Under the pieces are notes generated by a model. The model worked only from the letters and a program-made list of their open reading frames with translations. It ran no database searches and had not been told where the DNA came from. Shown here in pieces: positions 26,300 through 39,700 of a stretch of 64,000 nucleotides of DNA. A program made the translations under genes and the position numbers. How positions within the stretch are numbered: the first letter of the stretch is position 1; every line of letters begins with the position of its first letter. The DNA lies in contig NMRA01000075.1 of assembly GCA_002633005.1 (NCBI GenBank), positions 198,713 to 262,712 of the forward strand, read 5' to 3'. This DNA is from Phoronis australis. Its lineage: Eukaryota > Animalia > Phoronida.

Positions 26300-26580
26300 T
26301 AGATCTGCAACAACTTCAATTGTAAATGATTCATTGTGTCACTGCGAGGTAAGAAAGGCCACCTTCATTCGGAAAGGTTGGCCTTGCTAGCAGCCGTGGA
26401 CTCGTTTGTGAGCCAAACCCCCTATTTATGAAGCTGTTTCATATTTTCGGAAAAAACTTTTGTTCCCAGCAGGACGGATGCAGTACCAGAAGATCGTGGC
26501 TTTGAAAAGGGACGTGTGTTGGTTGCACCAGGTATATCAACCATTCGGGAGTGCGATTGTTGTAAACGATTCGACTTCAC
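26300..26580 (+). pseudogene. Unknown gene, tandem copy C (5' part only, more diverged)
   Basis: Same upstream non-coding unit and splice acceptor, followed by gattcattgtgtcactgcgaggtaagaaaggccaccttc...ggacgtgtgttggttgcaccaggtatatcaaccattc, homologous to copies A and B. Confidence 0.5.
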
Positions 26581-28626
26581 GTACCGTACAGCTTGATGTC
26601 CAAATGGCCGCCAGACCAGGAGCAAGATGTACATAAAACCAAACAGTCCGGAGAAGACCGCATCAGGCAGGTCTCGGAGCGTGACGCCCCGCTTGGCATC
26701 CAGTCTTGACAGCAGCAGAGCAGCCAGATTACAATGGGCCAGGCAGGGTTGGTAAAGAATTTTTGAGGGGTTCACTTAAAGTTACTAATATTTGCATACA
26801 AGAATCGAGGATGTCAAAGCAAGAATTGAAGATTTTAAACGCTAACAATGACGATTTCCATGACTTAACTGTTTGTGGTCACATTCCTGGTGGTGTCACA
26901 ACAATGGAGAAAACAGTTTGATCCTGGTATACGTTGTATTGACCCTGGCTTAGACTGGTGTGTTGCCATAGAGCATACTATTGGAGCTCAACATTATTTT
27001 ACTCAATATTTATTTGCCTCAATTGTGTTTAGATTGTGACAAATGTTTCCTTGTAGGATTCATTTTACTGATTCTCCACCAGGAGGCACACTGATGAGGG
27101 AGGGTGTAAGTTAAGACCAGCATGGAGATATTAAACAACATTTCTAAGACTCCACCAAGTAGAGAGCTGGAAGAGGTTGGCACAGCTAGGCTGATTGTGA
27201 CCGATCTCCTTGGCCGGGGTGCTGTATCTTCAGATACTCAGACTAGTGATGCTTACTGCCCAAAGCCCCCAGATGATGAGACTACGGGAAGAACTGCTGT
27301 TGTATACACATGCGGGCAAATAGTAAGATAGCAATGCCAAGTTAAATGGAATGAGGGATAGACAAGTTGCCGCGAATAAAGGCAACATGCTAATATTTTT
27401 CTTATTATTATTCTAATTCATTTTCAATATATGCTGCCCAGGACAAGAAGATCAATGCGAGAACTGAGCAATGCTCGTTTATAAATTGACGGAATTTTAG
27501 TTTGACCTTTCCTAGACCAGGTGATATTATAACCCAGCGGCTCAGCTGCTTCCTGTGACTATAATTGCTTGCTGGTGGGTTTTCACCAAGCATCAAAAAG
27601 GCGAATTTATTCTCTGAATAAATACCAAGGAGACTGAACAGTGATCTTAAAAGGAAAAAATCAGCCAATGAACAAACTTTCAACAAACAACCTCAACATC
27701 TTGGAAGGCAAAACATTCACTAGAGATGCACCGATCTCAGGGAAACAATTTACTTTGGATAATATTCTGAAATCATCATGGAACAGTCATGGTACAGTAT
27801 AATGACCTCCAAGTTCTCAAATAAAGAATTCTCATATATCTCCTCAAACAACAGTTAAAAGTTTCAATGTGGAACCACCATTGCTCACACCAAAGTCAAT
27901 TTCATGACAGTGGCATACTCTTTTGTTACTAAATGGCACCCAGGAATATATCTGTCCGAACACAGACGTTTTTGCTCAAAAGAAATCTTCTTCAAGATTT
28001 ACAGTAACCCATTTTCATCATTGGTCGTGTGCTAAAAATTCATCCTTGCTAGTAACGAAGTGAACACACTTGGACCTAGGAGACGTGAACCACAATGTTT
28101 TTATAAACTGCATCATGCATTTTTAATCTAGCATCGATATCTGGCTAACATCTGAAACACAACTTCACCGCCTGTTTCAGAGTCGTTACAAAATAGTCTC
28201 TGTGTTCTGATAGAGACTACAGGTTACACTAGCCGACTACATGTCAACTTGCAGCAATTCCTGGCAAGAATGCTGTACAATAAACACAAATATCAACAAA
28301 ATTATCACAGTTAGTAAGCATGCAACCATTGACCTTTTTACCACTCGTCCAAAACGTAAATTCCACAGGCACAGAATAAGCAAGTCCAAAAACCTTGAGT
28401 GATTGCAGAAAATAGGACATGGCACATCAAAAAATTCAACTGATACAAATCTCACAGGACTATCTTCTTTTCACACTGCCCATGAAATGTTCTTAATGAG
28501 ACTTGTAAGTTAAGAACAAGGAAATCAAAGCCTTCTACACCATGATGGCTGAGGTTACGTCTGGACAACAGCAAACAGATCAATGGTACAATGGCCTTTG
28601 TTACCACCACCACTGGCTCCCCCTGG

Positions 28627-31600
28627 CTACCGCTTGGGGAACATCCTCATAAAGAGCACCATCCAGATGAATGTGAAGCAGACGACAATAACCATGATCC
28701 ATATCCACCAGTTGACCGACTTCTGTGCATGCACCTCCAGCCGCTCACTCTCCGTCTTCAACTTGCCGTAGTTCTGGTCAGCATGCTGGTGCGACTCGCC
28801 CAGAACCTGCAGTGCAATGCACACCAGATGGAGCTGCAGATACGCGACTGATACAGAATCCAGTATATATTTTGTTTAGTCAGTGCTATATACAGGCGAC
28901 TGGGATCTATAAAGCTAGACTTAATAAATGTGACCAATACCAAAATGACTAATTTAAACAATTTCTATAGTTTCAGGACAAACCGATTCATTATCAACCA
29001 AAGTCAAAAGTTTTTTTAACCATGCGGAGTTATGTCATTTTTACGCATTCTGCTGAAAACAATGTTCCCTGTATTCCTTAAAGTAGGGATGTTACCTTAT
29101 AGAAGACCTGGAAGTTTCATATGAATCTGGGCTACAATTTCTGAGATATGATGTTCCAAAGTCGGCCAAATTTGGACAGTTTCTGGGGTCCTACAAAACC
29201 CTAGACATCGTCTGTGCCAGTTATTGTACACCATAAACAAATATGATGACAAAGTAGTGTACTATTTGCAAATGTACTGCAGTTATAATACCCACCTGTT
29301 AATGAACCGGACTTGGAATGACCAATGACAAAAGACATTAAATTTATCCGATGACGTATCGGCTTATGCGATACAAATATTTTTTTTGTCGTAAAATTTA
29401 ACTGCAAGAAACATTTTTTGCATTAATGAAGACAAAATGATAAAAAAGAGACGAAAAAAGAGAAAATTGGAAACCAAATCAAATGAAATTGAAACAAGAG
29501 AAAATGTGATTTGGGGCTGAACATTGCTTATGAATTTGGGGGCATTACTACACAAGCTCTCCCCAATCAGCAAACAGCATGTCAAGAGCCAGAGAAAATG
29601 TTATCGAAGACAACTGAAGCGCATTGGAGAGAGGTTTTAAAAAACTTTAGGTTAAAAGATATCTTGTTACCTCTACACTTCGGTGTTTTCTGTACTACTG
29701 AGATTTCACCAGTCTTTCTATACCTTTACCCACCTGGTTGTCCTTCTTGATTATCCGGTTGGCCATGTTGGCATTCTCCTTCAAGTTCTTGGCGAGCGAC
29801 ACCATCTCCTCTGCGATCTTCTCCTGCATCTGGTGGTGGTGCTGGAGAACGGCGCTAAGGTCAGATGTGTCGCTTTCGCCACCAGCACCGCTCCCGCCAC
29901 TGCCGATGTTTCGCTGGCGAATGCCATTCTGTGTATTTTCTAAAGACAAAAAATTGTGTTGAAAATTTAACCTGTGCTCATGCTGTGCCTAAGAAGCAAC
30001 AGACTAAGCAAATCATACCAACACAACTTACGGCTGTGAAAAGCTACAATTACAATATAACCACAAGTCAAAATCAGTTGCACAAAATATTTTAATAAAA
30101 ACAGCCTCAAACTGATCACAGAATCTTTGAGGCTCAACTTAAAAAACGTTGAGTGATCCCGCATTTAGATTGCGGGATGTTAACACATATCAGTGGCAAG
30201 AGGTTGTACTAGATCAATAATTGACAGCTGACAGCTTTGTGGGGGCGAGAAACAGTCAGCACACCAGCATCTAACCCACGTTACCTTGTTTATTTTTCAA
30301 GCCTAGAAGCTCCTCCCTCATGTCTGTCTCGTATCTGGTAATTGCTTGTTGGTGTAGTTGTTTTGTGTTGTGGGCGGTGCTGACAGCTGAGAGGGCGGGG
30401 CCAGTTGACAACATCTGGGTAGCCAAAACCTTTTCAGAAGCATCTTCCTGTACCAACATGACAAAAAATCAGAAAATAGGCTAGAGTGTGCTTCATGATA
30501 TTTCCAGTGAAATTGTCATGTGCGAACTTTAGCAAATGATCAAGCAAGGAATTGCACAAGCGTAAAAAATTAACACGACATCAACAATAAATGTGAGCAA
30601 GGAACAGACTAGTCACCAGATGTTGATCTAAGTAGTGCCATCGATCAATCGCAGTGAGGGATATTGTCACGTGACGCAAACAAACATCTGCCACGTGCCT
30701 TTGTTTCCAAAACTGGCAAAACCTTAGCAATATCAGGAAAAAATGCCTGATACTCCCTGTCTGCTGACCTCCATAGTGACACTGTGAACATCTATTTTTA
30801 CCATTCAACCAATCAGAAAACTAAAATTTGATCTAAGTCCCGCCACATTAACATGTTAGTTACCTACTTCAATTTCGTAGAAAGAGCCAAAAGCAACCTG
30901 TGAAAAGTTCTTCAATCAATACTTTATTGAAATTTATTGTAAATTAGCTTCGAAATGTGGAAGGTGCAATTGTTCACTGCCACTGTCCCGTGTAAAGTAC
31001 CTACACATCACATTTTTACTCAAAAGGAATTCAATATAATATAAAATTTCAACAGGATGATGTTGGCCAGTCGTAGTCCTTGAATTCGCAACGAAGGCAT
31101 ATAGAAAAATAACTGAAAATAGCCCGGCAAACTTGGTTGCATGCAAAAATTGTCTGTTGGTCTAAGGCTGCATCACGTGATCAAGTGATCTAAAGGTAAA
31201 TTACATACCATCTTCTCTGCTTCGACTAAACCTTTCAGAAACTCCACTTTTCGCGAGTAATCTTTCAGTATGTCTTCGCAAGGCATGCTGGAAGGTAAAA
31301 CATATACGGACTAAAAATTTGAGTTTAGTGGGTATAGAAATTAAAGATGCTTTTTCTGACTTTAGTTTATTATATGATATTTCAAAACAATTAGACCAAA
31401 CTAAATTGGTTAAAACTGTTCGAAGCAATCATATTTGAAAAACTCACCAACGTTTTCAAAACAGATTGTAATGTAGAATTTTTGACCTTCTGGCGGTGCA
31501 CAAATCATAGTAGGTGAAGTGTGCATGTGACTTTAATAGATCTGTTAGAACTAATTTCACAAAAAACAAATGCCTACGGGGTAGTAAACTATAAAATGCT

Positions 31601-34600
31601 CCCACTTTGGTTGGTAGCTTTCGGTTGATGACACTTTTCTTTGTTCTAAACAGGTGAAAACAAAGCTAACAAACAGTATCTTTAATGAAACATGGCACTT
31701 GACATGAGGACAAATTACTCCAAAGAGAGAAATAACCATATTGAATGTAGTGAGTGAGTATATGCAACACAAATTAAACAGCTTATAATGCATCTTTTTA
31801 TATAATTCATACCAAGTGCATACAAATATTCTTAGCCAAGCACGAGTGTTATGACTTGAAAGCGAAACTCACTCACCACCAAGTTAATGCTATAACAGTT
31901 GGTTGTATAACTCAGTTCATCTATTTTTGGCCAATCAGTAAAAAATGAGTTCCTGATCAGTCTTCGACTGGTCAGAAAAGTACAAGACCTGTTTCAGCTA
32001 ATCATGAGCAGACCAGCTGTAAACAGCACTGTCAAAACTTGGGTGCCAGTGCCAAATACAGCAGCTATAAGCACACACCATTTTATCATAGTCGGCGATG
32101 ACTGAATGTCTTGATTTTGAAACGCCTTTTTTCCATTGTATCCTCAAAAATTCAACTGCCCAAACAACACTGCTTACATTGCAAAGTTTTCCATCCACAA
32201 GACTGCACAGTGAATATGGGGTTTTCAAAGAATTGCATTTTTGCCTATCCACTTTGCTAAGTGTTTTTAAATGTAAGCCATTTAAGAGATCAAATTCAGT
32301 GCAGACGTGTGGATGGAAACCATAGCAGTAAAGAAAGGTTTGAATTTCAACAGTTTGCAGTCGTGTGGACAGAGCCTGAAATAACAGATGACACTGAGAT
32401 GAATGACAAAGCATTTTGTTCGATTCATAATGTTTTCCGAACTTGCAATAATTGACCTATCACAAACTCCACCCCCTTACAAAATGTCGACCAACAAACA
32501 ATAAGTTTTACCCGGCAACGTGTTGTTTGTTGGGTAAACTGGTGGCTTGTAAACGAAGGTATGTCAAGAATGCTGCATTCTGATTGGTCATTTCAGTCGT
32601 CACTCACTGGCAAAAGGTCAATTGCCATCAATGAAATGATGCCTAGACTGGTATTTCAACTCGTGATTAACTACAGGGGAAATATGATTTGCGACCAGTT
32701 TTTGGCACAGTTGGCAACATCAGTGTGAACCAAGCTAAGTCAATTGCAGCCAATTGCTTGTGTTGCCGGAGTCGGCAGGGCAAAGGATTTGGTCCATAGA
32801 AAAGTATAATTCATAGACAGCTTGGTCAAGTAAGTTTAAGCGTGCTGAAAGAGGTGAATGAATTTAGAACCAAGGAGCATCTCAATATTATGAGCTTAGA
32901 CCAATTTGCTACTGCAAATATACAAACCTTGGTGATTTTTTCAGTTCTGATAACTTGTCTTGCAAAGCTTCAACAAACTGAAAAGCAAGGGAGATAACTG
33001 ATAAAATTAAATTTACGACACAAGCTAAATTTTAAATAGATTGGGAACACTGAAACTGACATGTATGTGACACCTGACTTTTTAGGTCAGGTTTGCTATA
33101 GGTTTGTTTAATTGGTTGTTACGTGAACCCTTCTTGTGGCTAATTGGTCAATTGTTTTGGCCAATCAGGGCATGCTGGTGGTATTTGGGTTGTCCAGTGA
33201 GCCCGCGTGTCCAGTCTCTTTCGTTTTCGTTGCGTTACTGGAAAGACGTGCCTCTCGAGTTTGGAGATTTCGACTTGGCGATTACCTTTGAAGATATTTG
33301 AGAGTGTTATTGAGAACTTTTGTGAATATTGCCGAGACGTTTGTGATCAATAACTTCTGAAACTTTGGTGTGAATTTTTTAAAGCGTTTGGACAGTGACC
33401 GTCAGTGGTTGGTGTTACGAAGGTGTGGTTGAAGTTAGTACCTCGTTTGTGTTACAGGCGTCCTCAGCTTCTGATCATCCCCAATGCACTATTTATATCT
33501 ATATACTTCAAGGTATAACACTCGAAACAAGGAATTTCACGAGTGCTTCACTTTAGCCATCCATATCAAATGCAAAACTCAATAAATTTATACAAAGCAG
33601 AGGTTCAACAAACCATGAGAATTTTTTCACGGTTTGTTGAAACCCTGTTTTGCACAAATTTATTGAATTTGGTGATCGATGTGGATGACTGAAGTGAAAC
33701 ACCCGTGGAATTCCTAGTCCCGAGAGTGATACCTTGAGGTACATATAATGTATTGGGGACAATCAGAAGCTGAAGATGCTTATGGTTAGTGTGGTTTAGC
33801 AGTCTGACATGAAGAACGCCCTGACAGAACAGAGTGCAGAAAATACTCTTGACCCGAGATGCCAGCTCGGGGGAGTTCACCACAATGATATTTTTAAATA
33901 CAAGCAATTATACTAGGTCCGGACATTGCCATTATTCAATTAAAACTGGCCCTCGGCAGCCATTCTGAAGTCGAAACCATTTTACCAAGATATGTATAGA
34001 ACCAATAAGGATCGACGAAGAAAGTAAGTGGTTTTTAAGAGACAATTTTGGTAATTGCTTACAATATGACGACATTGACTTACACATAAGATTTTGGTAT
34101 CATTCGATTCTTTGCAAAATTATCTTTCCAAAAATACACAGGAAAATTTCCTACCCCGTTCCCTAAGTATTTCATCGTGAAATTTTTTCTCGCACTATTT
34201 CCCAGTACTCGGTAGTAATACCGCCACGTTGAATGGAAGGAGTCCCCTGGTGGTTAAAAACTGAACTAATCTTCCGCGACTTCTGCAGATCGTCACGTTT
34301 CAGAAGTTCAAACTGACCGAGACCCGCCTATCCCCTGCTCCAGTTACGGTCCCAAGGGTTCCAATTCGATCCTATGGCTATGGCGACCTTGGTACGCATC
34401 TGCTAGCAAGAATCCGTGAAAAAAGCGAAGGTTGTTTTTGAGGTCCAAATTGGTGAAAAAGGTATCACATTAGACAATTTCGTGGAAAATGGTCAAATGG
34501 TCACAATTATAAAAAAATTAGAGAAGGTGAAATGCAGCTACTTATCCTCCATATGTCAGGAAAACTAAGTTTAGTGGGAATCTCGGCGCGGGCAAACACC

Positions 34601-35947
34601 ATTCAGAATCAATGATGCTGTTTCATTCATTAACAACAGGTGACGCTGAAATCTTGAGTTGAGCTAACATGGCGGTGTCAACCGGGAAATAGTGCGAACC
34701 GAAATTTGAGGATAAAATACGGAGCACACGCTATATACTGGGGAACCCAATGTTCGTCCGCCTAAGCATAAAACCGACTTGCTGTTGTACTCACCGAATT
34801 ATTCCACTTCAAAGTTATGATCTGAATAGGATTCGATTTAACTCTCACAGATATACCGCATTCATCGATTCGGAAGTTTTCTTTAATTTGTGCCGAGTTA
34901 TTTCAAATGTGCACTGCCTTCGGCAGCCATTTTATTGTGACACCTAAGTTCGTCATATGCTGCCCCCTTTTGTAAAAACTGAGAAACATGCAGAAAAAGG
35001 CCAACGAAGTAATGAAAATTGCAACAGCCTGTTTTTATTGACATAAACTCGATTTGAAGCTTTGATGTTGAGCTCTGCACTGTGGTTTCCAATAAAAGCC
35101 AATTGGACATTTCAATGCAGTTTAATGGTGAACGTGAGGCAAAAATGTTAAGAACCCAGCGTATCGCATTTGTCTGCGGATTTTTCCTTTGGCCTTCTAG
35201 ATCCTACTAGTGCCTGGGACAAACAGATACATTGCATAAACAAACCCTGGATCATGTTTTGTGTCCCGTCGGAAGAAAATTTAAATTCGAAAACATCTTC
35301 TGAAAACGCACAAAAAAGTGTATTAGTAAAATCTACTGATTTTTAAGTGGTTTTAAAAAACAATCGGTAAACTCACCGATTTTTGTCTCATTACTTTGAT
35401 ACGTGTTTCTCCCGAGAGGTTAGTACCTAACGTGAAGACGAGCACTCCAAATTGGAACGCTAAGTCCCGCGTGGTTGCACTGCACGCGAAACAAGATGGC
35501 GGACGAACTTTGGAGCCTGACGAAAATAGGTAACCGGACGATACTATGCGGTAGGGGAAACATTCATACATTTTTGGAAAGATAATGTTACGAGGAATCG
35601 GACGATACCAAAATCATGCGTGTTATTCAGAGTCGTCATATTGTAAACAATTACCACAATTTTAAGTGTAACATGAATTTTTGACAAGTTTATAACCGCT
35701 TATTCGGTGACCATATTTTGGCTAAAACCCGTCAAATACACGGGATGAATTACAGAAAGTCAGCAAGTGATGGGGAGAATTGTATCTCCTGTAAAGCAAG
35801 CCGATCAGAACAATGTTTAATTTTAACATAAATTTGAATTAAAAGTGTTACCTTTTCCATTCTCCATTCACTTAATCGTTTCTCGGCTGCCATAATTTCG
35901 CAGCGATGAAGGAGTCGCTTGAAATTCACTTCCAACCTGGAAGACAT
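28627..35947 (-). CDS. USE1: Vesicle transport protein USE1 (ER Qc-SNARE), 6 coding exons
   Basis: Exons 35947-35852 ([17 protein letters not shown]...WRMEK), 32977-32928, 31287-31209 ([17 protein letters not shown]), 30447-30285 (MREELLG), 29939-29734 ([24 protein letters not shown]) and 28806-28627 (LKTESERLE...[27 protein letters not shown]). GT-AG boundaries and phases are consistent. C-terminal TM anchor present. Confidence 0.96.
33066..33456. mobile_element. Possible solo LTR in USE1 intron 1
   Basis: Inverted termini TGTGACAC...GTGTTACA, a CCAAT-rich 5' part and T/G-skewed composition. No TSD found. Confidence 0.35.
34039..35661. mobile_element. Kolobok-like non-autonomous TIR element in USE1 intron 1
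   Basis: TTAA at 34035-34038 and 35662-35665. Imperfect TIRs of ~115 bp (ggtaattgcttacaatatgacgac...ttttggtatcattcgattc...atctttccaaaaat mirrored at 35550-35660). The superfamily assignment is an inference from the TTAA flanks and a purine start. Confidence 0.65.
34734..35546. mobile_element. ~813-bp young non-coding element, copy 1 (nested in the Kolobok-like element)
   Basis: Near-identical inverted copy at 48401-49216. Homology starts and stops sharply at TATACTGGGGAACCC and CCGGACGATACTA. Confidence 0.85.
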
Positions 35948-36340
35948 GGCTGACGTTGTACAAATAGGTCTTTTTAAACATGAACCAATTTGTAATTTTG
36001 TTATAAAAAGTACTAGAATAAAATTCATAAATATAGGTTACTAATAATAATTTTTTTTCTGAAATTAGATAAGTATTTTTGGTGGATTTAAATTGGCAGA
36101 TTTAATATTTTTGTGATGGCAGAAATCATAAATTTAACAGCTTTGTGTGGCCTGCACAAGACCAAATATGAACTAAATTTGATCTCCAATACAGAAGAGC
36201 GCTTACGGTCACCATGGGACACGAGTGCACACAAACTTAGTTTTTATTGACAGAAGTCTGACGAGTTTCATTACACTTTGAGTTGTGTTATGAATAGGAA
36301 GTTTCTCTGAGGAGCGGGGAGATTTTTCAGGAAAAAAAGT
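35948..36340. promoter_or_regulatory. Probable bidirectional promoter for USE1 and the SAXO5-like gene, including a putative non-coding first exon of the latter
   Basis: Divergent gene orientation. Strong donor aa|gtaagt at about 36339 and acceptor ttttccag at about 36746, upstream of ATG 36790. Partial RFX X-box-like gtcaccatgggac at about 36208. Confidence 0.5.
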
Positions 36341-36789
36341 AAGTACTATATTACTTGACAATTATGGTTTAATTGAACGAGCGATTTCACGCACCTGTTT
36401 TATTTTGAATTTCATTGCTGTGTACTGTCTATAGTAAGTCAAAATATATTTCGTTGCTCACATAGTGGTCACAGCGATCGAGTCACATTGACAGTTTCTG
36501 GTACTGTTTTTAATGACTCATTTTCCTAGAACCTATTTAAGCTATCGTTGGACGTGATTTTTAGTTTAATTAAGACAAGTGTGGGTTTTATGTCTATAGT
36601 TGTTAGGCCTACTGATTGCCGGTTGAATTGGAGACGACTTGCCTAGCAAGGAAATGACTGTAGCATCGTCGGGCTTTTATTATAGACTGAATTTCAGTTA
36701 ACATGTTAACTTCTATTTATTATGTTACTTCAATGTGATTTTCCAGATCATATCAGTGAGAGAGGGAGAAAAAGAGAGAGAGAAGAGAA

Positions 36790-39700
36790 ATGACCACCAT
36801 CAGTTTAAAGAACCCGGTTATAACTCCGGAGAAGGGGACTGCCTATCTACAGAGTTCTCATTTTACAGTTGCTCAAGATGCTAACTTACAGCCACAAGGT
36901 TTCCACTCCACTTTCCGCCATGACTACCCTCCACATTTCGTTGACGCGCGCCCTGTTGGCGCCAAAGGTCCGGCGCCTGCGTCATTTTTGCACAGCGATG
37001 CGCGTTTCTTTAACAACAAAGCATCCGAGACAACTAAAGAATTCCAGCCTCATGAAATTGGACCTAGGTTAAAATCCAACAATAGAGGTGCATCTGGACA
37101 GACAAACTTCAAAATGGACAGAGACTTGAAGAAATTTGACTCATTTATGACGACTCACAATCATTATTTCCCAGCTAAAGACAATGTGCCCTTTGAGCGT
37201 TTTGTACCATCGGAATACCCTCTTGCCAGTCACATTCCAGATGGAGATAAAGAGAAGGCACCCCAGCCTATGTCTGACTACAGATCCAAATATCAAGGAC
37301 ACGATACAGAAAAACATAAAATAGAAAAAGCACCAAATCAACATCACTGTAAGTACCTAAAAATGATTTTATTTTTAGATGTCATCGGGTCCACGGTTGT
37401 ATCTCTAATTAAACTCAGACTCAGTTCAGAATCAACACTTAATCAACCATGCAAGTGTACTTAATATATGCCATGCGGTTGGTTAATTTGTGTTCGAGTT
37501 TTGAGTAGAGAATAGAACCTGGGCCTCGATCTCAAATTGCATGACCAATATTGTTCAGCAATTAATTATTTTTTGTTTTGCACCTTTTTATTACAATGCG
37601 TTTGGAAATGTGCTAATCCATCATGAAGTGTAGTTAAGTTGCGTTAACTGTAGTTATTTCACAGCTTGATTTGCTGTACAAGTTCAGTTTCAATGTTAAC
37701 CTGACTATATTGATTGTTAATTTGTTCTCTGTTAGTCAGGCTTGGATGGCCATTACTCCACAATAACAGATCATCTTATTGATTTTCTCATCAGCTAAAG
37801 AGTTGTTACATGCTATTCACAGATTACTTGCTTTTAATAACTCAAAAGGTTATAACTGTGTGTAATTCATGAGTGAAAACTTTTGTTTTATAATTGGTTA
37901 TATACTTTACAGAATCTCAATTCAATTTTTTTCTGTTTAATCCCAATTTTAAAATTTTGGTTCCCCGCATATTGTATCATTAGGAAATGTTAATATATTA
38001 TAATTTATGTCTTCCAGTTGGTGATGCTACCATAAAAGGTGACCAGAGGACACATACCTACAGTACACATTCTATGGAAACTCATCATGGTGCTTGGTTA
38101 CCGAGGATACACGAACTGCCTAAGGTAAATATGCTGTTTGCATAACATAATAGTTTCCATTTTTTCAATTGCTGCTCAGACCATCCTGTCTTTTCTCACT
38201 GGACGATAATTAAGGGTTACAACTCACAAGTTCTGAGAAGAAAACATTTAAGTATAACAACGATATTTAGAAAACACTAAATATCCAGATGAATAATTAG
38301 TCATTGTTGAACATTGTGTTGTTTGATTGTGCTTAATTGTGGTTACAACAGTCTCACAATTCTCTTTCTGTACACAATAGCCCAAGTATATCTAGCTCTA
38401 ATTGAAATCAAAATAATACAAAGTTTTGTTTAAAACTGTCAGCCCTCAAGTTTTTTTTTGTAGATTTAATCTGACTTTGAAATACCTACATCCACATGGT
38501 CTATCTATATCTGTTAGCGAATCAACTTTCTTATGTCTGTTTTAGCCTGTTGGCACAAATGTACCTCTGGGTGACCGTGAAAAAGAAATTACCCTGAAAA
38601 CTACTATGCAAGCTGATTTCAAGGAAACTGACTCTGGGTCGCTTGTGCCCTATGACAGAACAAAGTCGGTTGGACAGCAAGGGACTAACTTTAAGCTACG
38701 GGATGGTCACGGCACGTGGCAGACGTATTTAAGCACAGCAAAAGAAAGCTGGGTGAACAAAGACTTTACTGGTGAGAACAACTTGTGTGTTGTTGGTTTT
38801 AGATGGCTATTCTGAACAACTTATTCGTTGAGACTTTGTTGCATTGAATGGATAGGAAGTGTTTTATGCACTGCTATGATGATTCATTGACTTAACATGT
38901 GTCATGGTTGATAGCTGGTTGAAACTGTTATCGTAGGTTTACATTCTCCAGACTTATTTTTGTATTCACTTGATAGTAAAGCTAATTCATAAAAGAAACA
39001 CTGCTTTTTTCTTTTATGTGCCTGCCCAATGCTCCTATAGGCTGCTACTTCATCAGATTCTGTTGAAAAAAACATTTTTTGTCATTTCAACAAAAATGTC
39101 CTCATTAAACACAACTAAGTATTTCGTTTATTTCAATACATTCAGTGTTTTTATTCATTTTACAGAACCTGCTTGGCAGTTGGGTAAACACCGCAATGCA
39201 TCTGACTTTCCTGTTGGAGATAACGACCCCGTCCGTAACTGTGACCGCGCGAGCTTGACCACTAACAGGCATTATGAGGCTCAGGTGAGTTTGATTTTGG
39301 CATAAGCTTATAGATATCGCTCAACAAAACTAGTCAAGTTGTTTTATTCTTGGAACTACATGTAAATGTTGTTGTATCCAAAGCTTTCAGCAGCTAATAA
39401 ATAGTGACTTGCATAATATTCTTTAAAATTTGTCGTTCTGACGTGACACACCATGCTTCTTTCAGAAGTTAACTCATCTGCCTGAGAATAAGGTATAGTG
39501 AAGTAGGCTTAGCTAATTTATTGTTTAGTCAAATAGGTAGTTGGTCAAGACTGTGTGTATTGACATGTCTAGTGATCCAGTAGTGTATGTTAAATACAGT
39601 CAATATTCTGGGTTCAAAGATATGGTTTCCTTTTTTATAAACAGGCATTATGATGTAGATTAGATAGTACCATGGTAGTTCAGTGTAGATTGCTTTAGCA

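Noticed and set aside
34750-35571. Short ORFs repeated at 34750-35110 and 48837-49221
   Set aside because: They are identical only because the element copies are near-identical, and they have no transposase motifs.
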